Part shown: positions 1 through 7,076 of the stretch, piece by piece
Numbering within the stretch: the stretch's first letter is position 1
Layout: every line of letters begins with the position of its first letter
Assembly (NCBI GenBank): GCA_041836105.1
Contig: JBGYKY010000016.1
Span: 1 to 37,289, forward strand
Reading direction: 5' to 3'
DNA from: Bacillota bacterium
GTDB lineage: Bacteria; Bacillota; Clostridia; Peptostreptococcales; Anaerovoracaceae
Length of the DNA: 37,289 nucleotides
Made by a program: the position numbers and the translations under genes
The notes under the pieces: generated by a model
What the model was told of the DNA's origin: nothing
Seen by the model: only the letters and a program-made list of their open reading frames with translations
Database searches by the model: none

Positions 1-2746
1 CGGAGAAAAACGCGATCCGATGATTTTCCGGGTACTGAAACCCGCCGTGGAGGATGGAATAGTCGGAAATAAACCGATACAGGTGGTTCAGCGCCGCAGC
101 ATTGTTGAAAAATTCCAGATGGGATTCCTCCCGCTCCGTTATCAGTGTCAGCATCTTCTTGTAGATCAACCAGAAAAGCGTGTTTTTCTCCTCCGGATCC
201 AAGCTGTCGGCGCCGAAGAGGTACTTTCCGATCACGTGAAAGGCCTCCTGGCTGACCAGGGGGTCATAGTTGGCCAATCCTCGAAGAAGGAGCCCTGCCA
301 GCAGCTCCCTGCGCCCGGAAAACGCAAGTTGATCTTCATAAAACCTATTTTTGTAAACCGGATAATGAGTCAAGAGCACACCGATAGTGTTGAGGGTCAC
401 GGAAGCGATCCTTTCATTTCGGCTTTCCAACAGCTTTCCCAGGTGAGCGATCAGCTCGTCCAGCTCATTGGGATGGAGGAAAAGCGCGATCTCCCCTAAA
501 TACTCCGGAATATACTTGGAAAACTGATATTCCCCGATCTCCAGACCCTTGGTCAGCTCGATGACGATCTCGTTTCGCTGGTCCAGGGTCAGCAGACCGA
601 TGGCATACGTTAGCCCCTTCCCTGCGGAATGGCGCACCGTCACACGCTCACTGACCTTCAACAGATTGGACAGGTGGGTAGCGATGTGGAGGGTTTCCTC
701 CCGTCGCCCCAGGCGGAGCCGCTCCAGCAGGTATTCAATGTTGACGGCCTTAATAATCCAGGGGGTGCCCACCTTCAGGTTTTCTAAAAACAGATCGGAA
801 GCAGATTCTCCTGTCCCATACATCCGGCTTCGCATTTTTTCCAGCTCCTCCGGCAAATAGTCCATCCGGGAAAGGATCTGATATTTAAGGTAGAGGCTCC
901 CTGTGTAGACCTCCGGCAAGGCCAGGGTCGTCTGGAGGATCTGTTCCGCCAGCTTTGGCGGGATTTTTTCCGCGGGGAAGCTCTTAACGTAGTGCTCCAA
1001 TACCCGGAGAATACCCAGATGGATTTCATCGGAAGTGCGGCCGTTCAGGGAGAAGCAGAACTCCAGGAGGATTCGCTGCTCCTCTCCGGTACAGTCCTGA
1101 AGGGGCAGATACAGCATAGAATCCAGGAGGATAAAGGCGGTGGGATCGTCCAGAATACCACGGCGATAAAACCCGACGATCATCTCCAGATATTTCCTTC
1201 GCTCTGCCTTCGGTACCCGGTTTAACAAGGTGTTGATTATGATCTTCCAGGTGTACCCGATCCATCGCCGATGATTTTCCGTGACCTTGTGCTCGGGGAA
1301 AACAATTCGGCTGAAGTACTCCTCGCACAGCTCTGCGGCGCTTATTTCGCCGCTGATAGGCTTTACCCCGCTGGGGAGCTCCTTTCGGTATTCTTCGTCG
1401 AAGTGGGCTAGGAGCATACCCATCAGCTCTGCCGCCAGACGGCGGATGTCCCCCTCCCGGTGCATCAGTAGCTCATAGAGAAAGTTCATGGTCATGACCT
1501 TCTGCCGCTGGGTCATGTAGGTGAAATATTCATAGAAAATGTTGATATAGGATCGAACCTGCTTCCACTGCTTTTCCGAGCGAGCCGCTTCCAGCAGATC
1601 GCCGAACGCCACCTCGTCATTAAACAGCTTCATGACAGAGATGTTGTGCTCAATGGCCAGATCCTTCAGCCGCCGGATGGCGCCTTCGCTGTTCAGGAGC
1701 GGTTCAAAGGTCCTGGATGCGGGGCGGAGAACCGGATCCTCCGGGTCGGTGCTGACTCCCAGTCCCTTCATATATTCTTCAAAATCCTTCAGCTTGGCAT
1801 ACACCCGTTCGTAGCGCTTCCGCTTGGCATCGTCCACGTTGTCCAGCTTGCGGAGGATGACGTGGAAGGACTCATCCAGGGTATAGATCCGGATCTCTTC
1901 TTTTCCCTGAGCATCCCGTCCGCCTTTGACCCGAAAATCCGCATAAATCAGTACCAGCGACTCCACCGAAAGGTTTTCCAGCTCCAGATCCCAGGTGGAA
2001 TGATTGGTGGCGATGTGGCCGATAATGGGCATAAGGTTGGTCTTGAAAAACAGATCCGTGTAGTAATAGTGTAGATAGGGAATCCGCTGATTTTCCGAAT
2101 CCCGGCAACCAAACTTTCCGATATCGTGCCCAGCGGCCGCACCGGACACCAGGGCTTTATCAATAGGTACACCGGCCTGGCTCAACTGACGTCCGATGGC
2201 TACGGCGATCCGGTGAACTCCGTTGATGTGCCCAAGAATATTGTAGCCGGTCACTTCGCCGTATAGCAGCATAAACTCGTTGAGATAATGCTGCTCCCAG
2301 TATTGGGTCAGCCGCTGATATTCTCCGCGCCCGCTGCAAAGAGCCACTTCCTCTGAATCCAAAAACCGGATCTGTTCCTCGCCGCCCGGAACGGAACAGC
2401 CGGGCAGGGCTAAAAAAGTTCGGATGGCCTGCAGGATGACGTGACGAGCCAGGCGTCCCTCCCGGCTTTCCTGCACTCCTTTTTCTCCCGGGAAGAGCTG
2501 CCCCAGGGTCGCGTCCAGCACATATCTGGCCCAGCCCTGCTTCGGCTCGGGCGCAATGCGCTTTAGCAATGGAAAAAGAGCCCGGATCAGATCCTCACAG
2601 CAAAGGATCCGATCCGGCCCCAGGTCCGGAAGCCGCCCTGCCGCCTTCTCTTCGGTCAGCAGCTCTGACATCTGTTTTTTTGTAATGCTGTTTGCCTTTA
2701 AGAATTTCCTGCCCAGCAGGTCTCGCACAATGGGTTCAATGATCAT
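1..2746 (-). CDS. Very large HD-domain metal-dependent phosphohydrolase with a long helical-repeat (HEAT/ARM-like) C-terminal region. Partial: the C-terminus lies beyond the window start (>915 aa)
   Basis: Absent from the ORF track because it has no in-window stop. My manual minus-strand translation from ATG 2746-2744 stays open down to base 2. It reads MIIEPIVRDLLGRKFL...GYNILGHINGVHRIAVAIGRQL...AAAGHDIGKF (H-D at 2123-2128)...IGHIATNHSTWD...LIYADFRVK, which fits the H..HD..H..D signature. All listed minus ORFs in 1-2700 are short and in other frames. Confidence 0.8.
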   Translation of the reverse strand, partial: MIIEPIVRDLLGRKFLKANSITKKQMSELLTEEKAAGRLPDLGPDRILCCEDLIRALFPLLKRIAPEPKQGWARYVLDATLGQLFPGEKGVQESREGRLARHVILQAIRTFLALPGCSVPGGEEQIRFLDSEEVALCSGRGEYQRLTQYWEQHYLNEFMLLYGEVTGYNILGHINGVHRIAVAIGRQLSQAGVPIDKALVSGAAAGHDIGKFGCRDSENQRIPYLHYYYTDLFFKTNLMPIIGHIATNHSTWDLELENLSVESLVLIYADFRVKGGRDAQGKEEIRIYTLDESFHVILRKLDNVDDAKRKRYERVYAKLKDFEEYMKGLGVSTDPEDPVLRPASRTFEPLLNSEGAIRRLKDLAIEHNISVMKLFNDEVAFGDLLEAARSEKQWKQVRSYINIFYEYFTYMTQRQKVMTMNFLYELLMHREGDIRRLAAELMGMLLAHFDEEYRKELPSGVKPISGEISAAELCEEYFSRIVFPEHKVTENHRRWIGYTWKIIINTLLNRVPKAERRKYLEMIVGFYRRGILDDPTAFILLDSMLYLPLQDCTGEEQRILLEFCFSLNGRTSDEIHLGILRVLEHYVKSFPAEKIPPKLAEQILQTTLALPEVYTGSLYLKYQILSRMDYLPEELEKMRSRMYGTGESASDLFLENLKVGTPWIIKAVNIEYLLERLRLGRREETLHIATHLSNLLKVSERVTVRHSAGKGLTYAIGLLTLDQRNEIVIELTKGLEIGEYQFSKYIPEYLGEIALFLHPNELDELIAHLGKLLESRNERIASVTLNTIGVLLTHYPVYKNRFYEDQLAFSGRRELLAGLLLRGLANYDPLVSQEAFHVIGKYLFGADSLDPEEKNTLFWLIYKKMLTLITEREESHLEFFNNAAALNHLYRFISDYSILHGGFQYPENHRIAFFS

Positions 2747-3065
2747 CCTCTACCTCTTCCAGCAGGACCCGGTCCAAGAAGGATCCTCTGGCCTCTCGTT
2801 TAATCAGCCGGAGATAGTCAATGTGCATCGGCTCGTACTCCTTAAGCTTCACCAGGCAATCCAGGGCCTCGTAAATATCAGCGATCTCCTCTTCATTGCC
2901 GCTGATTTGGTACTCCTTGATTTCTTCAATGATCTTTTCGATCAAGGCCTGCTCATACTCCTGCTCGCCCAGAATCCTGGAGACCTGCCTTCTCCCGCTT
3001 TCTTCAATCAACTGAGGGATGCGGTCTCGAACCAGCTTGTTGTACGATATCTTCACTTCGTCCAC
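2736..3065 (-). CDS. Small MazG/HisE-like all-alpha nucleoside-triphosphate pyrophosphohydrolase
   Basis: The N-terminus ISYNKLVRDRIPQLIE and the later EEIADIYEAL are typical of predicted house-cleaning NTP pyrophosphatases. AGGAGG (reverse complement of 3066-3071) abuts the GTG at 3065, so the GTG at 3056 (8-nt spacing, MKISYNKL...) is the likelier start. The TGA stop at 2736-2738 overlaps the HD-gene ATG by 11 nt. Confidence 0.75.
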   Translation of the reverse strand: MDEVKISYNKLVRDRIPQLIEESGRRQVSRILGEQEYEQALIEKIIEEIKEYQISGNEEEIADIYEALDCLVKLKEYEPMHIDYLRLIKREARGSFLDRVLLEEVEDDH

Positions 3066-3093
3066 CTCCTGTCTATCTCGCCGCTATACTTTT

Positions 3094-3121
3094 ATTATAT
3101 AAAATCTGCGGATATTTACAA
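3094..3121 (-). promoter_or_regulatory. Sigma-A-like promoter for the MazG-like/HD operon (TTGTAA-16 nt-TATAAT)
   Basis: On the minus strand, -35 TTGTAA is the reverse complement of 3116-3121 and -10 TATAAT is the reverse complement of 3094-3099. This lies about 30 nt upstream of the start. Confidence 0.5.
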
Positions 3122-3161
3122 GCCATCCCTTCTCCCTGTTTTTTTATTTTCATTTTTCCTC

Positions 3162-3190
3162 TTGACATTAATAGTCACGTAGACTATACT
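3162..3190 (+). promoter_or_regulatory. Sigma-A-like promoter of the nrtR/NAD operon (TTGACA-17 nt-TATACT)
   Basis: Perfect -35 TTGACA at 3162-3167, a 17-nt spacer, and -10 TATACT at 3185-3190. Confidence 0.65.
3169..3189. promoter_or_regulatory. Candidate NrtR operator 1 (palindrome ATAGTC-ACGTA-GACTAT with a GT-N7-AC core)
   Basis: The arms at 3171-3176 and 3182-3187 are perfect 6-nt inverted repeats. GT at 3174-3175 and AC at 3183-3184 are separated by 7 nt, which matches the published NrtR core. The site sits inside the spacer and -10 of the promoter. Confidence 0.55.
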
Positions 3191-3196
3191 GTGTTT

Positions 3197-3217
3197 AAAT
3201 AGTTTAATTGACCATTA
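3197..3217. promoter_or_regulatory. Candidate NrtR operator 2 (AAATAGT-TTAATTG-ACCATTA)
   Basis: GT at 3202-3203 and AC at 3211-3212 are spaced by 7 nt. The half-sites AAATAGT and TAATGGT (reverse complement) match in 5 of 7 positions and resemble the operator 1 half-site TAATAGT. The site lies just downstream of the -10. Confidence 0.4.
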
Positions 3218-3303
3218 TTGCTTTCAGCCCGCCCGGCAGAAGCTGCCGCTTCCCTTGGGATCCGCGGGAAAACAGGGTCCTTTCATGAAAGGTGGTAAAC
3301 AAA

Positions 3304-4050
3304 ATGAACACGGAAGAAAAATTCTTACGGGAGTATCGGGAACAGGATTACGAAAAGCTTTCCTGCACCACCGATATCCTGATTTTTACCATCGGCCGGG
3401 AGCATCAGCTGCAGGTGCTGCTGAAAAAGCGGCGGCAGCTTCCCTTTCGGGGGCGGTGGGCTCTGCCCGGCGGAGTCGTAGGCATCAGGGAGTCTCTGGA
3501 AGACTCAGCCCGGCGGGTGCTTTTGGAAAAAACCGGGCTGTCCCGGCTTCATCTGGAGCAGCTGTACACCTTTGGCCAGCCGGACCGGGACTCCCGAATG
3601 CGTTTCGTCAGCGCTGCGTGTCTGGCCCTGCTGCCCTGAAATTCCCATCCGGCGCTGGAAGAGGACTCCGCTTTTTTCTCTGTCCGGCGCCAGGGGTCGG
3701 AATGGGTCCTGCAGGGAAGCGAGCCGCTCTCTCCGGCGGATCTGGCCTTTGATCACCGGCACATCCTCCAGACCGCCCTGGAGAGAATAAGCGGCAAGCT
3801 GCACTATTCGGATATCGGGCTCCGATTGGTGCAGGATCCGAACAGATTCACCATTTTCGAGCTGCAAAAGGTTTTTGAGGCCATTGAAAACAAAAGCTAC
3901 GATGTCCCCAACTTTCGCCGCTACTTTAAAAATCGGTACGAAAGCACCGGCATTGCCGAAAAGACGCCGGAGGTTTCCACGGAGCTTTCCAAACGTCCCA
4001 GCAGCTATTACCGGCTGACGGCCCCCCTGTTTAGCGGGGAGCATGCATAA
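3304..4050 (+). pseudogene. nrtR: NrtR-family regulator (N-terminal Nudix-like domain plus C-terminal winged-helix) interrupted by one in-frame TGA at 3637-3639
   Basis: Track ORFs 3292..3639 and 3826..4050 are in the same frame. My translation across the gap reads ...FVSAACLALLP*NSHPALEEDSAFFSVRRQGSEWVLQGSEPLSPADLAFDHRHILQTALERISGKLHYSDIGLRLVQDPNRFTIFELQKVFEAI...NFRRYF..., with no other stop. The Nudix-fold region is GRWALPGGVVGIRESLEDSARRVLLEKTG. The likely start is ATG 3304 (SD AAGGTGG 8 nt upstream). Confidence 0.8.
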
Positions 4051-4064
4051 AGGAGGAATCTGCC

Positions 4065-4616
4065 ATGAAAAAGAAGCTGTTGCTGGTTATTGATATGCAA
4101 AAGGATTTTATCACCGGCCCCCTGGGCAACGATGCATGCCGCGCCGTTGTTCCCCGTGTCATACGGCGCATGGAAGAGGCGCGGGCGAAGGGATGGCAGA
4201 TCCTTTGCACCCGGGATATCCACGAGGAAAACTATCTGAGCACCGGCGAAGGAAGGCGACTGCCGGTCCCTCACTGCCTCCGGGGCAGTCGGGGCTCAGA
4301 GCTGATCGACGAAATCCGGGCGCTTGAGGAAAGCTGGGCGGACCGGGAGCAGGTCTTTCTTCCCATCCACCCCCTGGAAAAAAGCGCCTTTGGCAGCTTG
4401 AAGCTTCCACAGCTTTTGGGCGCCGAAGAATGGGAGGAGATCCAGCTGGTCGGCGTCTGCACCGATATCTGTGTTCTGTCCAATGCCATCATCCTTCGTT
4501 CTGCCTACCCGGAGGCAGAGATCACCGTCCTCTCCGACTGCTGCGCCGGCGTCACCGGAGAGAGTCACCGGGTTGCGCTGCAGGCCATGGCAGGATGTCA
4601 GATCCGCATACTTTAA
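4065..4616 (+). CDS. pncA: Isochorismatase-family cysteine hydrolase, nicotinamidase-like
   Basis: LLVIDMQKDF, a conserved Lys context (EKSAFGS) and the catalytic Cys in GVCTDICV. SD AAAGGAGGA precedes the start. It begins 14 nt after the nrtR stop. Confidence 0.75.
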   Translation: MKKKLLLVIDMQKDFITGPLGNDACRAVVPRVIRRMEEARAKGWQILCTRDIHEENYLSTGEGRRLPVPHCLRGSRGSELIDEIRALEESWADREQVFLPIHPLEKSAFGSLKLPQLLGAEEWEEIQLVGVCTDICVLSNAIILRSAYPEAEITVLSDCCAGVTGESHRVALQAMAGCQIRIL

Positions 4617-4637
4617 GCACCGGCAGGAGGAATCGCC

Positions 4638-5462
4638 ATGATTTTTGTAAACCATAAGCCCATCGACAAAAAGCAGTTCCCCGACGGAACCTTTCTCCTG
4701 CACTGCCCGGAAGCCTCGGAAGAGGTCCGACTGGAATGGCGCTATGAGGAGGATGGCGAGCTGTTTCAGCTTATCTGCCTGACCAGGCATCTGCAAAATG
4801 TGCCGGGAAGAAGGCTGATCCTTTCCCTTCCTTATCTCCCCAATGCCCGCATGGATCGGGTCCATGCCGACGATGAGGTGTTTACCCTGAAGCATTTCTG
4901 CCGAACGATCAACGATCTCGGTTTTGATCGGGTGGAGGTGCTGGATGCCCACTCCACCGTGGGACTGGCCCTGTTGGATCGGGTACGGGCGCTCTCCCCG
5001 GCTCCTTATCTGGAGCAGGTGCTCCTGCAGCTGGACCGTCTCCACGGAAAGGTCCTGCTGTATTTCCCCGATGAAGGAGCCTATAAGCGGTACCAGCCCA
5101 TGCTCCCTGAGCGGCCCTGCTGCTACGGACGAAAAAAAAGGGACTGGAATACCGGCACGATTACCGGTCTGGAGGTGGCCGATAACGGGAATCCCCCGGA
5201 GGGTGCCGCCGTACTGATGGTGGACGATATCTGCAGCTATGGCGGGACCTTCTACTACAGCGCCTTAGCGCTCAAGGAGCGAGGCGCCGCTGCCCTTTAC
5301 TCCTTCGCCACCCATACGGAAATGAGCCTACTGGAGGAAAAAAGCAACTATCTGTCGTTGCTGAAGGACGGTTCGGTCCTCCGGCACTTCACCACCGCCA
5401 GCCTCTACACTGGTCGCCTGGAATCCATTGAAGTGGTTTCCCCGAATCCCGACGCATACTGA
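4638..5462 (+). CDS. Divergent ribose-phosphate pyrophosphokinase (Prs)-family protein, 274 aa
   Basis: Prs-like motifs are present in altered form: FPDGT, PYLPNARMDR (canonical Prs has YARQDR), VLDAHS, a GRKKRD loop, and the PRPP-type loop VLMVDDICSYGGT. SD AGGAGGA precedes the start. Confidence 0.75.
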   Translation: MIFVNHKPIDKKQFPDGTFLLHCPEASEEVRLEWRYEEDGELFQLICLTRHLQNVPGRRLILSLPYLPNARMDRVHADDEVFTLKHFCRTINDLGFDRVEVLDAHSTVGLALLDRVRALSPAPYLEQVLLQLDRLHGKVLLYFPDEGAYKRYQPMLPERPCCYGRKKRDWNTGTITGLEVADNGNPPEGAAVLMVDDICSYGGTFYYSALALKERGAAALYSFATHTEMSLLEEKSNYLSLLKDGSVLRHFTTASLYTGRLESIEVVSPNPDAY

Positions 5463-5476
5463 AAGGAGAGCCTCCC

Positions 5477-6946
5477 ATGAAAAAGACCCATCCCCTGCTC
5501 CTGATCGATTTTTACAAAGCGGTTCATTCGGATATGCTCCCCGCGGGCATTACCAAATCCGTTTCCTACTTTACCCCTCGCATGAGCCGGGTGGATCAGT
5601 GGCCCTCGGTCGTGATGTTCGGCCTGCAGGCCTTCATTAAAACCTACCTGATCGACTACTTCAACGAAGAGTTTTTTAAAAAGGACTTGGAAGAGGTGGT
5701 CCATGAGTACCGCCGTGTTCTGGATGCTGCGCTGGGCAGAGGCGTTTACTCCTGCGAGAGGGTCTCTCATCTCCATCGCCTGGGGTATCTTCCCATCGAA
5801 ATTATCGCCCTGCCGGAGGGAACCCGGGTCCCCATGCGCCTGCCCATGTTTGGCATTACCAACACCCATAACGATTTTGCCTGGCTGCCCCAGGCTCTGG
5901 AAAGCCTGCTTTCCGCTGAGCTGTGGCACCCCATGATCAGCGCTACGGTGGGCGCCTCCTATCGGGATATCGTCAACGAGTACGCAGAGAAAACCTGTGA
6001 TGCTGCCGTGGCTCCGGCCCGATTGCTGGGGGATTTCTCCTTCCGCGGTCAGGAGTGTCTCCAGTCTGCCGTCAAAAGCTCCGCCGGCTTCTGCCTGTCT
6101 TTTCTGAACACGGCAACGGTTCCGGTCATCCCCTTTCTGGAGGAAAACTACAACTGCGACTGCCAGCGGGAGCCGGTGGCCTTTGGCAGCCCCAGCACCG
6201 AGCACAGCGTCATGTGCAGCAACTATGCGGTGGATGGCGATGAAATCACCCTGCTGCGAAGGCTTCTCCGGGAGATTTATCCTCATAACAGCTTTTCCGT
6301 GGTGCTGGATTCTTACGATTACTGGAACGTCATCGACAATATCCTCCCTCAGCTGAAGGATGAAATCCTGGCCCACGACGGCTGCATGCTGATGCGAGGG
6401 GACTCGGGGGACTGCGCGGAGGTGGTGACCGAAACCGTCTTTCGCCTGTGGAAGCTGTTTGGCGGCACGGTCAACAGCAAGGGATACAAGGTGCTGGATC
6501 CTCATGTAAAGGCGATTTACGGGGACAGCATCACCCTGACTCGCTGCCGACGGATCTATGAAATCCTGGAAGCAAACGGATTCGCCATTTCCAATGTTGC
6601 CCTGGGTGTTGGAAGCTTTTCTATGCAGTGCATTGAGGAAGGAGACCAGCTAAAGCCCTTTACCCGGGATACCTTTTCCTTTGCCGTCAAAGCCACCTAC
6701 ATGGAAATCAGCGGAAAGCCCTACCCCATTTTCAAAAACCCCCGGGAGAGCGGCTTTAAAACCAGCCAAAAGGGGTGCTGTATCGTTTGGGAGAAGGAGG
6801 GAAAGTTGACCTACGAGGACGGGTATTCCTGGGCAGGGTCGCAGGTACCGGGCAATCGGCTGGAGAGCATTTTCCGTGACGGGCTCCTCCTGAAGCAGCA
6901 AACCCTGTCTGAAATCCGTGAAATCCTGCACGGCGGGAAATTCTGA
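5477..6946 (+). CDS. nadV: Nicotinamide phosphoribosyltransferase (NAMPT/NadV) family protein
   Basis: LLLIDFYKAVH (compare NAMPT DSYK.sH), PSTEHSVM (the EHS histidine motif), MRGDSGD and AIYGDSIT. 489 aa. SD AAAGGAGAG precedes the start. Confidence 0.8.
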   Translation: MKKTHPLLLIDFYKAVHSDMLPAGITKSVSYFTPRMSRVDQWPSVVMFGLQAFIKTYLIDYFNEEFFKKDLEEVVHEYRRVLDAALGRGVYSCERVSHLHRLGYLPIEIIALPEGTRVPMRLPMFGITNTHNDFAWLPQALESLLSAELWHPMISATVGASYRDIVNEYAEKTCDAAVAPARLLGDFSFRGQECLQSAVKSSAGFCLSFLNTATVPVIPFLEENYNCDCQREPVAFGSPSTEHSVMCSNYAVDGDEITLLRRLLREIYPHNSFSVVLDSYDYWNVIDNILPQLKDEILAHDGCMLMRGDSGDCAEVVTETVFRLWKLFGGTVNSKGYKVLDPHVKAIYGDSITLTRCRRIYEILEANGFAISNVALGVGSFSMQCIEEGDQLKPFTRDTFSFAVKATYMEISGKPYPIFKNPRESGFKTSQKGCCIVWEKEGKLTYEDGYSWAGSQVPGNRLESIFRDGLLLKQQTLSEIREILHGGKF

Positions 6947-7006
6947 AGCAGGCCCGGGGCGCAGGATCAAAGAGCACAGCTCCATACAGAAAGCGCATAT
7001 GATACG

Positions 7007-7027
7007 TAATGGTATGTAATACTGCAC
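7007..7027. promoter_or_regulatory. Weak candidate NrtR operator upstream of nadE (TAATGGT-ATGTAAT-ACTGCAC)
   Basis: The left half TAATGGT is identical to a half-site of operator 2, and GT-N7-AC spacing is present (GT 7012-7013, AC 7021-7022). The right half is poor (3 of 7). Confidence 0.25.
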
Positions 7028-7076
7028 AATGATAACACGCATATCCGATAAAAACAGATCGTGGAGGTTATGAACG

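Noticed and set aside
3637-3700. Selenocysteine recoding of the nrtR TGA.
   Set aside because: I could not find a convincing SECIS-like hairpin within about 10-40 nt downstream. There is only a direct repeat of TCCGGCGC. NrtR proteins are not known selenoproteins, and this position is not a redox-type Cys context.
3255-3790. Alternative-frame ORFs 3255..3752 and 3572..3790, considered as candidates for a frameshifted nrtR.
   Set aside because: Their translations are Gly/Ala/Pro/Arg-rich and not NrtR-like. The NrtR sequence continues in the original frame, so the lesion is a nonsense codon, not a frameshift.
4296-5045. A 249-aa ORF on the minus strand.
   Set aside because: It is antisense to pncA and the prs-like gene. 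It has no motifs and is a shadow ORF.
5405-6505. A 366-aa ORF on the minus strand.
   Set aside because: It is antisense to the well-supported NAMPT-family gene. Its composition is rich in Arg, Ala, Gly, Pro and His, which is typical of shadow ORFs in GC-rich DNA. It has no recognisable motifs and no SD.
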